From assembly GCA_002269645.1 (NCBI GenBank), contig NIVC01003667.1, positions 1 through 61,394 on the forward strand: a stretch of DNA of 61,394 bases, in the 5' to 3' direction. The stretch's first letter is position 1; each line of letters begins with the position of its first letter. This DNA is from Macrostomum lignano. Taxonomy: Eukaryota. Both the position numbers and the translations under genes were made by a program. Shown one piece after another: positions 44,304 to 55,847 of the stretch. The notes under the pieces were generated by a model, which was not told the origin of the DNA, did no database searches, and was given only the letters and a program-made list of their open reading frames with translations.

Positions 44304-45449
44304 CGCCGACATATATGTCTCCGCATGCCGTTTTGCCGTTTCTCAGCTCAATCGTGACGTCCTTAGCCATGCCTTGTACGGAAACTGAAGCTCCCCCGAA
44401 AACTTTGAGTGATCGAATGTCCGCGTCAACCATGTGCAATCCGGCTTGCTCTACGATGGTTACTGGCAAAATTGTTACCTGACTACCAGAGTCGACGCAT
44501 ATATGGACTGTGGAATCACCGATCGTGCAGACTATTTTCCAGAGTTCGTCGCATGGAGTAGCCTTGATCACCGAGTACACAGCTGAATCAGGTGGATCAG
44601 CGTCGGTTGCTTCAACTTCCGCGTACGTGACTTTCTTGCTGCCACCGATGTTGGACCTGCATGCTCTGGCAATGTGCCCGGTTTTTCCGCACTTGTGACA
44701 TGTCGCATTACGGAACTTGCAGGTATTTCTAAGATGACCCGGGTTACCACAGGAATGGCAGCTAGACTTAGAATGATTCGGCGTTGTTGGCATTGGCCTG
44801 GATACCGTTGGATACTTTTGGTTGCTGCCGGTCTTCTTGTGAGTGGTTTTCTGCACTGCTGCGACGGTTTTGCTCGAATCAGTAGCTTGAGATACGGACT
44901 CCGATAAGAGACTATCCTTAACCGCAGTCTCTAGATCCAGTTTTTCCTTCACTAGTAATTTTTGCTTCAGAGAATTATCAGCCAGTCCGAAAATATACTG
45001 AGAAAGAATTAACTCTTCTCGCAGGTTGCCGAATTCGCATTTGTTGGCCTGTGTCTTCAGTCTCTCCAAAAACTTTGTCACCGACTCACCCTGTATTTGG
45101 ACCATGGTATGTAGCAGATGTCTGTCGTAGTGAAGAAGGCGCTTGGGTTTCAAGTGGCTCAGTACCGCTTCTTTGATGAAATCGAACGTACACTTTGTAT
45201 CGTTTAAAATGTCTTCTGGCTGCACAAGTGTCTCAATCAGTGAAAATGCGGCATCTCCACAAGTAGCAAGTAGAACGGCTTTGCTCTGGTCATTCTTTTC
45301 CGTTGCGCTAATGTAAAAACCGAGGCGCTTGAAATACTGTTCGACATCGGGGTAGCACAGCGGCATCTCCCCCAGTCGGAAGTCGAGTCCGGAAGACATC
45401 GGGATGAAGATTTGGTGACTGCAGTATCGTCCCGCGGCGAATTAAATTT

Positions 45450-45461
45450 TCCTCGTCGCCA
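45450..45461 (-). promoter_or_regulatory. Primer binding site, complementary to the tRNA-Ser(GCU) 3' end
   Basis: TGGCGACGAGGA directly follows the LTR end CAACA; metazoan tRNA-Ser(GCU) ends ...TCCTCGTCGCCA. Confidence 0.85.
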
Positions 45462-45627
45462 TGTTGTACTTTTCGTAGTAACGAAGACGAATGCAAGATG
45501 CCGAATTAGGAAGAGATCGTAGATGCATGCAGCGCGTATATTTTAGCAGCGAAGTAGCTGGCTGCTATACTTAAAATATGAATAAGGCTTCACCCATAAA
45601 CCATAGAACTTAAGTTCATACACAACA
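45462..45627 (-). repeat. 5' LTR of the Mag-like element
   Basis: TGTTGT...ACAACA termini, abutting the PBS. Confidence 0.8.
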
Positions 45628-45925
45628 CACTCAATGTTTCATTTTTACATTGGTTTTATATTTTATAAAGCCTAAAGTTGTAAATACTCTCATGAGTGGC
45701 ATTAGCTGAACTTTTTGTTTTGTTCAGCTTCCTAAATCAAGGAGGGCATTTTTCTAGGAAATTAGACTACGAAAAATTACACAATCTTTGAGTTTTACGT
45801 CCGGTGTTATACTACAGAGCTCCTTGATGTCAGGATTTTACGAGCTATTCTGGCAACTTGTAACTTGGCAACTTGAAAAGGGGTTGTAGCCAAGAGGTTA
45901 TAGCCTGATGGTTGAAGAGTCGGAT

Positions 45926-46104
45926 CAGGGACTACTCAAACACCGGGACGGGAAACTAAAATTTTTTTACGAGGCTGGCTGGCAATTATTTTCATTAGAG
46001 AGATGCTGTGTTACTTTGTTGTCTATGGTTATTTTCTACTGCTGATGATAGACCAGCCTCGTAAAAAATCCTAGTTTCCCGTCCCGGTGTTTGAGTAGTC
46101 CCTG
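45926..46104. mobile_element. hAT-type MITE, 179 bp
   Basis: 33-bp perfect TIR CAGGGACTACTCAAACACCGGGACGGGAAACTA (extends imperfectly to ~53 bp); 8-bp TSD AGTCGGAT at 45918-45925 and 46105-46112. Confidence 0.92.
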
Positions 46105-46931
46105 AGTCGGATTTAAGACTAAAAGGTCGAGGGTTCGATTCCAAACCCACTCGGGACAATTTCTTTAGAATATCAGTCATTATTAAAATTCTACTGTAAG
46201 TAGAGTAACGCAAACACGCGCACCTAAACAAAAACTTTGAATAATTTTACTATTCATAACGTTAGAGATGAATCATGATTTTTTTGATAGTGTAACCAAT
46301 GAATCACGGCCCCAAAAAAAGTAATACGGTATCTCCACTTCTATTGTATAAGCGAAAGTTCTATTAAGTGTCAAAAGGTCAAATTCCTTAGATTTGACAG
46401 TTTCACCCTATCAATCTAAACCAGAATAAACCGTTTTTTTTGCAAAATTTGTGTATAAATACAAACGCTCTGGGGGCCTAAAAACGTCAGACTCGGAGCA
46501 GTACCAATGAGAAGGACATCGTCGGGGACATCCGTGCCGTTTGGTAAGTTTTACGTCTACTTCTAAGTGACTGGATAGGATCATTTGGGCCGATTCCCAT
46601 ACTCTTGACGATTATTGACTTTAGATTATTGATTGACTTTTGATACCCTAGAGTAACGGATAGTGGCACACGACTCCGATTCCGTTATTTCTAGAAGGCA
46701 CCCTTTCTGAAGTTAACGCCGACGAATTTTGGTTGTTTCGTACACTATTCGTAAAGTAGTTCTCGCACACGGCAAACTTAATGAACTCAGGGGGAAAACA
46801 ACGCTAAGAAGACTACGCCAGTACTATAAGAACTATAGAAGAGGAGCCCGCGACAGTAAATGATCACACAATTTTGTTCCTAGAATTACGGTCTGGAAGT
46901 GGAAGTTTGTGCGTTTAAAACTAGACGTAAT

Positions 46932-46936
<5 letters not shown>

Positions 46937-46998
<62 letters not shown>
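46937..46998. repeat. (CT)n microsatellite
   Basis: Read directly. Confidence 0.95.
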
Positions 46999-47002
<4 letters not shown>

Positions 47003-47281
47003 GTGTGCTAAAACGAACTCTTCATTTGTGTCCATGAGCAACACACTTAACTCTGCATTGCTTCAGTTCAAACAGCTGTAAAATGGGTGCCAGCATTAGC
47101 AGGAGTAATTGAGGCTGTGTGTGGTGACCCCCCTCCCAGTCCTTAGACTGAACAGCCGTACGCAGCCTTCAGAAGTGCCACGCAATAGCTGCGGCTGAGC
47201 TGACTAAGGTTGCACATCTGCCCAATTAGGCATTAAGGGAGCATTCTGCCAAGAATCACAAAAAATGCTCACACAACTCAC

Positions 47282-47466
47282 GAATCGGTGGTGTACAGTC
47301 CGGGAATGAAGTCCTTTCCGATGACGAACACCGCGCACAGCACGGATGCCACGCAGAGCAGGCAGCAGATGCCGGCCTTCCAGGCCAGCCGAGCACCCGG
47401 TCCGTTGTTGGCGCCCAGGTTTTGGCCAACCCGGATGTTCACAGCGACACCGAAGCCCAAGACGCA
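47282..47466 (-). pseudogene. MATE/SLC47 paralogue A, internal exon
   Basis: CVLGFGVAVNIRVGQNLGANNGPGARLAWKAG...GKDFIPGLYTTDS matches the MATE GFSVAASVRVGNALGAG motif; acceptor TACAG|, donor |GTGAGT (phase 0 to 2). Confidence 0.88.
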
Positions 47467-48027
47467 CTGTATTTGAAAGTAGGGGGTTGGATTTAGGCTT
47501 GATTCATAGAGCATCGAGTCATAATAAAGATTAAATGTATTTACTGAAATCTACTCAGGTCAGTAAGCTGCCAATCTGAGGGAATGCATAGAGTTGGATG
47601 CATGCTCACGACTGACTCTCTCAACCTAAAAGCCAGCGTTTCAGTTTGGAACAGAATCGATTGCGCACCCAGCTCGTTTGTACTGATGATACCTAAACGA
47701 AAATGGACATGCATAGGGGGTCATAGGGAATTAGGGAAATCTGAGGGAATGCATAGGGGGGGCGTAGCCCAGCGGTAGCGCAGCTGCTCTGGTGTGCCAG
47801 CGACCCAGGCTCGATTCCAAGTGCAGTCACATTAATTTGGGGCTGAATTGGAATCTCGGTTTGGCTCTGCTCGTGCAATTAACGGCCTTGAGAGAGATGC
47901 TCTCAGATAAGATGGCGAAATTCAAAAAGTGAGTTGCCACCTGAAATTTTTTTAGTCGGTGATTCTTTATAAGTACATAGTATCAAGTACAAAGAAGCAC
48001 TTGGAAGATATTGGAATAAGATTCTGA

Positions 48028-48600
<573 letters not shown>

Positions 48601-48789
48601 ATTAGTATTAGACTTAGTACTGTGCTGAAGTTGGCATGGGCAAAATGCTTATCAAAAGGCAGCACTGTCACCGAAAACTTGCATGATTTTCGTCGGGTAA
48701 TTTCGAAATACGCCATCCTCTTATTATTTCCACGAAAACTTCAAAAATTTCCTGATCCTCCAGGACAAGATCGTTCACATTCACTGTTT

Positions 48790-49560
48790 TTCCCAGTGTC
48801 GCCAGCAGCTATGGTGATCTCTGAAAAGGGAGAGTTCCTAGATAACCCAGAGAGCCCAGAGATAACGCATGAGGTGATTAAGATTTCCGGTTTGCACGCT
48901 TCAGTTATAGATGTGTGTGGCCCAAGGTAAGTGAGCCTGGCTCGCATGAGGGACAGATGTTGTCAAAATGCTCAGTTGTTTCGCCGCCTGAGTGGCGAAA
49001 CTGCAGATGGCGTTGGTGGCGTTGCCCTGCAGGTACTGGTGCCTCAAGAAGCAGCCGTGACCTGAGAGGGTCATGGTGGCAGCCCGGATGTCTCTGCGCG
49101 AGAGGCGCAAGAGGAGCTTCCGGAGCTGGTGAGAGGGCTGAGGGACAGCGCCTCTGGATTGCCCGCAGGTAGTGCAGTTCACCCAAGTCGAGCGGTGCTG
49201 GCTCCTGATCCACGCTTTGATGCGCGAATCGATGACACAGCCGGGAATCGGGACAATGGGTTCTGCAGGCCCGAGAGAGGAGCCGATGGCGCCAACTTTT
49301 GCAAGGGTGTCAGCCAACTTTCCCTCGGAACCCCACATGCCCAGGAACCCACTTAAGGGTAATTTTGTTGGTAGAACTCAACATGTTAAGAGGTTTGATA
49401 CAGTCGAGGACTGTAGCAGAATTGACGCTGCAGCCACTGATGGCGTGCAAGGCAACCTGGCTGTCCGAATGGAAGATGATGTTCTTACCAGAAACGCTAG
49501 TGGCAAGAAGCTGGTGAGTTCATGGCGAGTTCGTGTTTGGAATGAATATATTTATTAGCA
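48790..49560 (-). mobile_element. 3' fragment of an RNase H-bearing non-LTR retrotransposon (I group, Loa-like), degenerate
   Basis: IIFHSDSQ...ITLKWVPGHVG (frameshift) LADTLAKVGA...GPAEP...LSGHG..RH...C.F..ETTEH...CP...ARLTYLG; typical RNase H plus C-terminal Zn-finger region. Confidence 0.85.
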
Positions 49561-49682
49561 TTCACCATCTTCACGCAGCTCAAGATGATCGATATTGTGA
49601 TGAACTAGCAGTTATAATTGCGGAGAAACTTTCCCAAACACTTGTTTTGATTTATGCATCCTAGCTCGAATTTTTTTCGTCT

Positions 49683-49935
49683 AATTACACCTGCCCCAAA
49701 TGGGCCAGATGTGCAACCGACAGCTCAGCCTCCAGATATTGCGCGGCGCATCTGAAGGCTGCGTACGGCTGTTCAGTCCAAGTGGGGGGTCGCCACACAC
49801 ACCCTCAATTACCCCAGCTAATGCTGGCACCCATTTTACAGCTGGGTGAACTGAAGCAATGCAGAGTTAAGTGTCTTGCCCAAGGACACAAATTGTTCCT
49901 AGTGAGTCTAGAATCGAACCCCCGACCTTTCCCCT
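49683..49935 (-). mobile_element. tRNA-CORE SINE copy 2 (5' A box missing)
   Basis: Reverse complement of copies 3 and 4: B box GGTTCGATTC, CORE TGTGTCCTTGGGCAAGACACTTAAC...CTGTAAAATGGG, same 3' domain. Confidence 0.88.
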
Positions 49936-50389
49936 TAAAAACCCCCTTACTTCTAATTAAGTAGTCCGTGAGTGTACAGCGGACATGACTTTCTACTCGT
50001 CAGACATGTATGTACACTCTAATTGTGACTCAGGTCAAGGACTACTTAACAAGTGTTGTTAAGTAGTCCTTGACTCACTCAGGTGTTGGCCCTAATGGGT
50101 GCGAATCGCCCGGGCCGATTTTCGAGCACGAGTCCCAAAAGAATGTGGCCGCCAAATCACGGTACTGAGAAGTCTGGTTTAGAAACTTTCTTAAAACATG
50201 AGTAAGAAAGCTAAGAAGGTAATGTACAAAGCACGAAGAGAGGCATGAACATGGATGAATGAATAGATCCATGGGCATGAAGTACTCGTTCATCCAAAAT
50301 GGCAACTCACCCAACTGATCTCACCATATCGCATTTAAAGCAAGTGAGTCTATTTTTTCTCTTGGCAACAAGCAGCACCGGCAACAAGC

Positions 50390-51127
50390 ATGCATGAAAT
50401 TGACAGCCTTCTGGCCTGCTTTGCAATTGCCTCACTGCTGAGCCCTGCTCTGGGCAGCCAGTCCTGCTCTCTGAGATTCACTCCCATCAACGGCTCCCTG
50501 TGCATCAAGAGCGACTTCATTCGCAACATCACTGGAACTACATCGGAAGAGCACTGCTCTACCCTGTGTGGCCTGAGGCCGCAGTGCCAGGCCTTCAGCC
50601 TGTCGAACGGTCCCTGCCAGCTGTTCGAGTTCAACAGGTGCAGCAAGTCTGTGAGGGACTGCGGCTGCACGAGACGAGGCCGGGTGTTCGTGAGGCAGCA
50701 GCCGGGACTGCCAGCGGGACTGCTGTGTCCGCCCGGATACGGAGACGACCTCTGCGGAGTCAAGTACAGGGAGCACAGCGGTTCATGGGACATGATAAAG
50801 TCGATATGCGAGTCGGAGAGCGGTCTGGTGATCATGGCGGACGTGACGAGCAGCTCAGAGATGAGCCACGTGGAGTCGCTTCGTCGTGGTAACAATTTGT
50901 GGCTCGGCGGTTTCCAGCCGGCTGGCAGCGCGGAGCCTGATGGCGGCTGGTACTGGGTCGGCTGCAACAACACCGTGGACGCCAGTCTGTGGGGCACTGA
51001 CGAGCCCAGCGACTACAATTCGAATCAGTTCTTGATCGCTGCCTATAAGGAAAGAGACAGCCTGTCCGATATGGGTTCGGGCAGCGGCAGTCGCGGTCTC
51101 TGTGAGTGCATCTCTCCATTCAACTGA
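50390..51127 (+). CDS. Secreted PAN/apple + C-type lectin domain protein, 245 aa, single coding exon
   Basis: Signal peptide; PAN-like C..LC....C.AF......C.LF; CTLD CPPGY...W......C...LWLGG...EPDGGWYW...W...EPS..C. Open frame with GC3-rich codons. Confidence 0.88.
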   Translation: MHEIDSLLACFAIASLLSPALGSQSCSLRFTPINGSLCIKSDFIRNITGTTSEEHCSTLCGLRPQCQAFSLSNGPCQLFEFNRCSKSVRDCGCTRRGRVFVRQQPGLPAGLLCPPGYGDDLCGVKYREHSGSWDMIKSICESESGLVIMADVTSSSEMSHVESLRRGNNLWLGGFQPAGSAEPDGGWYWVGCNNTVDASLWGTDEPSDYNSNQFLIAAYKERDSLSDMGSGSGSRGLCECISPFN

Positions 51128-51821
51128 GCTAAACAAGAGCCTGGTCGCTTGAAAACTTATTCCCATTCTAACGATAAGTGGGAGAATTGTATTGAGAGGA
51201 CGTATACAGTTGCAAAAATATCACCATGGGATTTCAATTTGTTGCAAAATCTTGTGACCAGAGTGAGTCCGCAGACAGGAACTTTAGTTTGTTTTTGTTT
51301 GGTTCCTACAGCGCGTGGTGTAAAATTTTACTTTTCATTTTCTAAACATTTTCCTCGCTGTTTACTCTTTAACAAAAGTGCCTGTTTTACTAAAAGTACC
51401 ACCTTGCTGTTTTGTGTTTTGCGTATGAAAACCTTAAACTTTGTTAAGCCACTTCTGCTCTCTGAGGCTTTCCTGGGAATTCTGATTGTCATTCAGCCTC
51501 CAACTGCCCTGGCCTTATCTTTAGAAATTTTCTTCGCTGGCTTTTGCTGCTCAGCCTCTCTGTCTGCTTTGAGGCTGCCGCTAGCTTAAGGCTTTCCGGG
51601 TTGAAGAGAAGCGCGGAAATGTATGCTAAAAGAAAAAGCTGGGAAGCTCAAATTCAACTCTGAGACAGAATGCTTTATTTTCAAGGCTTTTTAAAGCTTT
51701 TTCTATGGAAGCCTCAGCCACTAGGAAAATATATATTTTATGCAGTCACAATCTCATAAACATATTTATACTCTCCTGACCTCTGTTAATCTGTTATTTT
51801 ACAAAATTATTTTAATTCTTG

Positions 51822-54031
51822 TGATGTAACCGCCCTTGTCGCCTGCCCGCTCCGTAGAGAGACGAACGCATGACTAGAGGGGGCAATGACCGTAGGCTGC
51901 CTATGACCGGGCAACGACCTGACGGACCTCCAGCACCAGACTGTCCCGCCCACATGATTAGTAGCTTTTGGTAGCGCTTCGTGACCAGAGGGCCAAGGAC
52001 CCACATGGACCCCACCTGTAGCCAAGGTGCAATAGTTGGTCACTCGGTCATGGTATGACCGAGTGGCTGCCACCACTCTATGTGACCTGGCGCACCTGGA
52101 TCTTTCTACCAGACCTCTCAAGGCTAGAGCCCCGCCTGGATTGGTTACCAGGGGATTTAGGCTAACAGGGGAGACGCATGCAGCCGAGTACAGGGACTCT
52201 GCTTGGGGCATGATCGGGAACTCTGGGCTCAATCCTGGAGGATTTCTCAGCAGGGGATCCTTTGTGGCTGTGAGCGAGGCTTACTTGCGACTTTGATTAC
52301 TAAGAGTAGTATGAGGCGAACATGTACTGTCTCAGTTTAGATTGCTCAGGGCGAAGGGACGCGTCAGCATGGGGTTGCAACCTTCCTACTGCCATTCTGT
52401 GCCAAGACTCGCTAATCCCTCTACTGCACGCACACGCGGCCCCGCAGCACGCACTCACAGGCGGGCTTTGCACGGGGAGAGGCCATTAGCTTACCCAAAC
52501 TCCCTTATGCTTTGCCACCCCGGGAGAAAGGCTTAGCAAGCCATGAGTGAAATGATGGTGAAAGATTGAATAATGATGAAGTTAGTTAATAGTTAATAAT
52601 TAGGCCCTTAGGCGAATAATCAGGCAATTAGGCGGCTTCACTATTGAGTAAAATACAGCAAAAGATACGGTATCACAATTGGCTCAGCTCTCTAATCAGA
52701 CAATGGAAAATAGGCAAACCCCGGATAAGCAAAGGCAATTAGAGCACAAATTAGTAACAGGAACTTACCGGCAGCTGCACAGAGAGAGAGAGAGGCGGAG
52801 TGACCGAGGGCGGCTGTAGGCTGCAGTCAGGCAGACAGTGAAGCGGCGATGCGCTGGAGCGACGAGGCGCTGATGTAGATCAGGCGATGCTGATGATGCT
52901 GGGCGGTATCAGACCGCTGGCCGATAGGCGAGCTCACTTGGGGAGCTAAGGATAACTTGGCGGTAACAGACCGCGGACCGGCAGGGATTCGTCTTATAGA
53001 CGAATGGGTCAGAACTCAATCTGACTGCAAGTCCAAAGAAGGACGAGGAGAGGAGAAAGGTTGAGGATTCTCATGCCGAAATCGCTTCCTTTTATAGACC
53101 TCACAGCCGCCTCCTCAAGGTCGTTACCATGGCTCCCTCTCTCTGATTGGCTGCCGGCAGAATGACGTCAGAATGAGTCATGATGAGAAGCATGAGACCG
53201 GCATAGCAACATGAGAAATAGGGAAATTGCGCAATCCGGAGGTGGGGTGGGGGATAATTGGCGCAGCGGGTGGTCGCGAAAGTGTTGCGCAAGCAAACAT
53301 TGAGAACAATAGGGCTGGGGTCGAGAACAAAGGAATTGGAAATCGGGGATAATTGGGGAAAACTGAGAACAATGGAAAAGTAAACATTGGAGAAAAGGTG
53401 ATAATTAGGTGCGAAAACGAGAACAAAAGAAAGAGAAAATCGGAGAAAATGTGATAATTGGTGGGGGTCGAGAGAACAAAAGAAGCAAAAACGAGAACAA
53501 TAGAAGCGGAGGTGGGGTGGGTGTCGCATGAGAAATTTGGGGAGGAGAACAATGGCGTGAGAAAAGGTTGCGCAAGAGAGGGGGATGAGTCATCGATGAG
53601 TCATCGGGGGGAAGAAGGGGTCACACGACTTGCGTCACCGTTTGGGAGTTTGGGAGGGGATGGGGAGACGGTGAGCACACAAAATACTGTAAGTAGACAC
53701 AGAGAAGGAGGGGGGCAGCGCAGGAAAAGAGTGCAGAGGGAGACAAAAAAAAAGAGAGGAGATAGAGAAAGTACAGGAAGAATAGGGCGGAAACAGAAGA
53801 GATAGGTAGAGGGGGAGGTACAGAAAGGGGTAGGGGGCTCCGGAAAGGCAGGTGTGGCGGCAGGAGAGACGGGACCAAGGCAGCAGGAGGGGTGCAGCAG
53901 AGCGGGAGTCTCCAGGCCCGGTCGGAGGCCTGGCCGAGTCTCGACAGCTCTGTGCAGAGGGTGCACGGGATAGGAGGCACTTTCGAAAAAGTTCCCATGC
54001 CCTATCCCGCGACCAGAGCGTGGTTACATCA
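51822..54031 (-). mobile_element. Solo LTR, 2210 bp (gypsy-type by its 4-bp TSD)
   Basis: Termini TGATGTAACC...GGTTACATCA (10-bp inverted repeat, TG..CA); TSD CTTG at 51818-51821 and 54032-54035; no coding domains. Orientation inferred from the TATA/CCAAT placement. Confidence 0.88.
53090..53180 (-). promoter_or_regulatory. Pol II promoter inside the solo LTR
   Basis: TATAAAA (plus strand TTTTATA at 53090-53096), CCAAT (53146-53150), CRE TGACGTCA (53163-53170), AP-1 TGAGTCA (53174-53180). Confidence 0.6.
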
Positions 54032-54271
54032 CTTGATTCTGTAAGTTACGAGTCTGGTCCAAATTTACGTAGTTGAAACAAGTATACAAAATCGCTTGAA
54101 TATTTATTTCTAGAACTGTCAACGCAACGAAGTGTTTGGCTTTAAATACTCATTGTAACTTCAACAAAAACTGGATATCTAGTGGTGGGTTGTAGCCTAG
54201 GGGTGCGATGTAGTCTAGGGTGGGTTGTAGCCTAGGGTGGGTTGTAGCCTAGGGTGGGTTGTAGCCTAGGG

Positions 54272-54708
54272 CAGGGGCGTAGCCAGGAATTTTGATTGGG
54301 GGGGGGCCGTGAGTTAGGGGGCGCCAGCTTCTTATAGGAGGGGCGCCAGTTTCGTTTAGGGGGGGGCGCCAGTTTCTTTTAGGGGGACGCCAGTTTCTTT
54401 TAGGGGCCGCCAGTTTCTTTTAGGAGGGGGGCGCCAGTTTCTTTTAGGACGGGGGGGCGCCAGTTTCTTTTAGGGGGCGCCAGTTTCTTATAGGGGGCGC
54501 CAGTTTCTTTTAGGGGGGGCGCCAGTTTCTTTTAGGGGGGGCGCCAGTTTCTTATAGGGGGGGGGCGCCAGTTTCTTTTAGGGGGGGCGCCAGTTTCTTA
54601 TAGGGGGGGGCGCCAGTTTCTTTTAGGGGGAGGGGGGCGCCAAGGCCAGAGTTGGTGATTATGGGGGGCCACGGCCCCCCTTGCCCCCCCCCTCTGGCTA
54701 CGCCCCTG
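54272..54708. mobile_element. hAT-type MITE, 437 bp, with internal ~20-bp GGGGGCGCCAGTTTCTTTTA repeats
   Basis: 15-bp TIR CAGGGGCGTAGCCAG; 8-bp TSD GCCTAGGG at 54264-54271 and 54709-54716. Confidence 0.92.
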
Positions 54709-54734
54709 GCCTAGGGGTGGGTTGTAGCCTAGGG

Positions 54735-55020
54735 GTGGGTTGTAGCCTAAGTGATAGAGCGTCGGATTTACGACTGGAGGCTGGGGGTTCGATTCCCGAT
54801 CCCACTCGGAACAATTGTGCCCTTGAGCAAGACAATTAGCTCTGCATTGCTTTAGTTCACCAGGCTTTAAAATGAGTGCCAGCATTAGCTGGGGTAACTG
54901 AAGGTGTGTGGCGACCCCCCAGTCCTTGGACTGAACAGCCGTACGCAGCCTTCAGATGCGCCGCGCAATGGCTGCGGCTGAGCTGTCGGTTGCACATCTG
55001 GCCATTAGGGCAGGTGTAAT
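54735..55020 (+). mobile_element. tRNA-CORE SINE copy 3
   Basis: A box TAGCCTAAGTG, B box GGTTCGATTCCC, CORE-like centre, shared 3' domain ending GGTGTAAT. Confidence 0.9.
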
Positions 55021-55847
55021 AGTCAACTAATATTATTTTTTGAAGCAGAAATTTCCTGAAAAAAAAGTTGTTTCTCAATCCACTGTACAGTCAATGCCAT
55101 GGACAGCTTACTGGTATGGCTGCCCCCGCCCGCGCCTTCCCCCGCAGTGGTAGCCATGGAAACCAGGCCAGGGGGTTTCAAAAGTTTTCCATTTCATCGA
55201 TCAACAGTTAAGCATTGGGAAAAACGTTTTTTGCCTGACTTGAACCCCAGCACCTCAGATGGAGGAAGGCCTGATCCTTTGTTTAATCACCTGCCTCTTC
55301 GCTGAAGAAAAAATTGTCTCTGTCTGGCCGTGTAAAACGCTCTAACATCTTCACTCACTCTGTCTTGCTTGAGTAGACTTCCTCACGTCTCTAATATAAT
55401 GTCAAAGAGACGCTATTGAAGAATTCTGAAAGACTCCGAGGCGACCGGTGTCTCGGCATCTCGGGCTTAATGCAATGCTTGAAGTGGCTTCATGCACAGT
55501 CGTCAGGAGAATGTGGATTCTCTCTAAGGAATCAGAGATGCACTTTTATTCTTGCCGATTTGCCTCAAGGCTCAAGCCAAGGAGTTCTATAATTAGCAAC
55601 CTGGAGTGGAAACGAGTTTTTCACTTTTACCGCATGAGGCCAGACTAGCATAGACAGTGCCATAGACATTCAGTGCTGGCTCCTTATCTTAACAATTTGC
55701 GTGGCCTCATGAGGTAAAACTCGTTTCCGCTCCAGATTGTGTTAATAAGAGATGGGTTTGTGTGTGCATTCTCTCGATGCACAGCAATGCTAAAATTTTT
55801 ATGGCGAAAACAGCTTGAGTGAGACATGTACGCAACTAGACTCCTGA

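Larger units (their letters stand above)
44304..45627 (-). mobile_element. Ty3/gypsy (Mag-like) LTR retrotransposon, 5' portion: LTR, PBS, gag, protease
   Basis: ORF from 45399 has gag (LL..CG..A, QGESV..F..RL...A..CEF), two CCHC knuckles and protease VDSGSQVT. PBS and a 166-bp TG..CA LTR lie upstream. RT and integrase are absent. Confidence 0.93.
45895..47235 (+). mobile_element. tRNA-CORE SINE copy 1, interrupted (head 45895-46162, body 47024-47235)
   Basis: A box TAGCCTGATGG and B box GGTTCGATTCC; the body matches the other three copies and resumes at ATTTGTGTCC after a ~860-bp insert. Confidence 0.8.

Noticed and set aside
44146-44388. Antisense overlap of the mariner and gag-protease ORFs as a fusion gene
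   Set aside because: Both frames simply run through the deletion junction at ~44304 into the other element's antisense strand.
47573-47756. 19-bp direct repeat AATCTGAGGGAATGCATAG as a possible TSD
   Set aside because: A partial third copy lies between the two, which fits local tandem duplication better than an insertion.
47750-47830. tRNA-like sequence (TAGCCCAGCGG...GCTCGATTCC)
   Set aside because: A/B boxes are present but the acceptor stem does not close; more likely a decayed SINE head than a tRNA gene.
48796-48927. Apparent plus-strand exon (TTTTCCCAG|...AAG|GTAAGT) and a second one at ~49345-49513
   Set aside because: Both are the antisense of the Loa-like LINE RNase H/C-terminal coding region; the peptide has no recognisable homology.
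54900-55010. Possible hammerhead ribozyme in the SINE 3' domain, by analogy with schistosome Sm-alpha
   Set aside because: No CUGANGA plus GAAA core on either strand; the closest is CTGAAGG with no GAAA.
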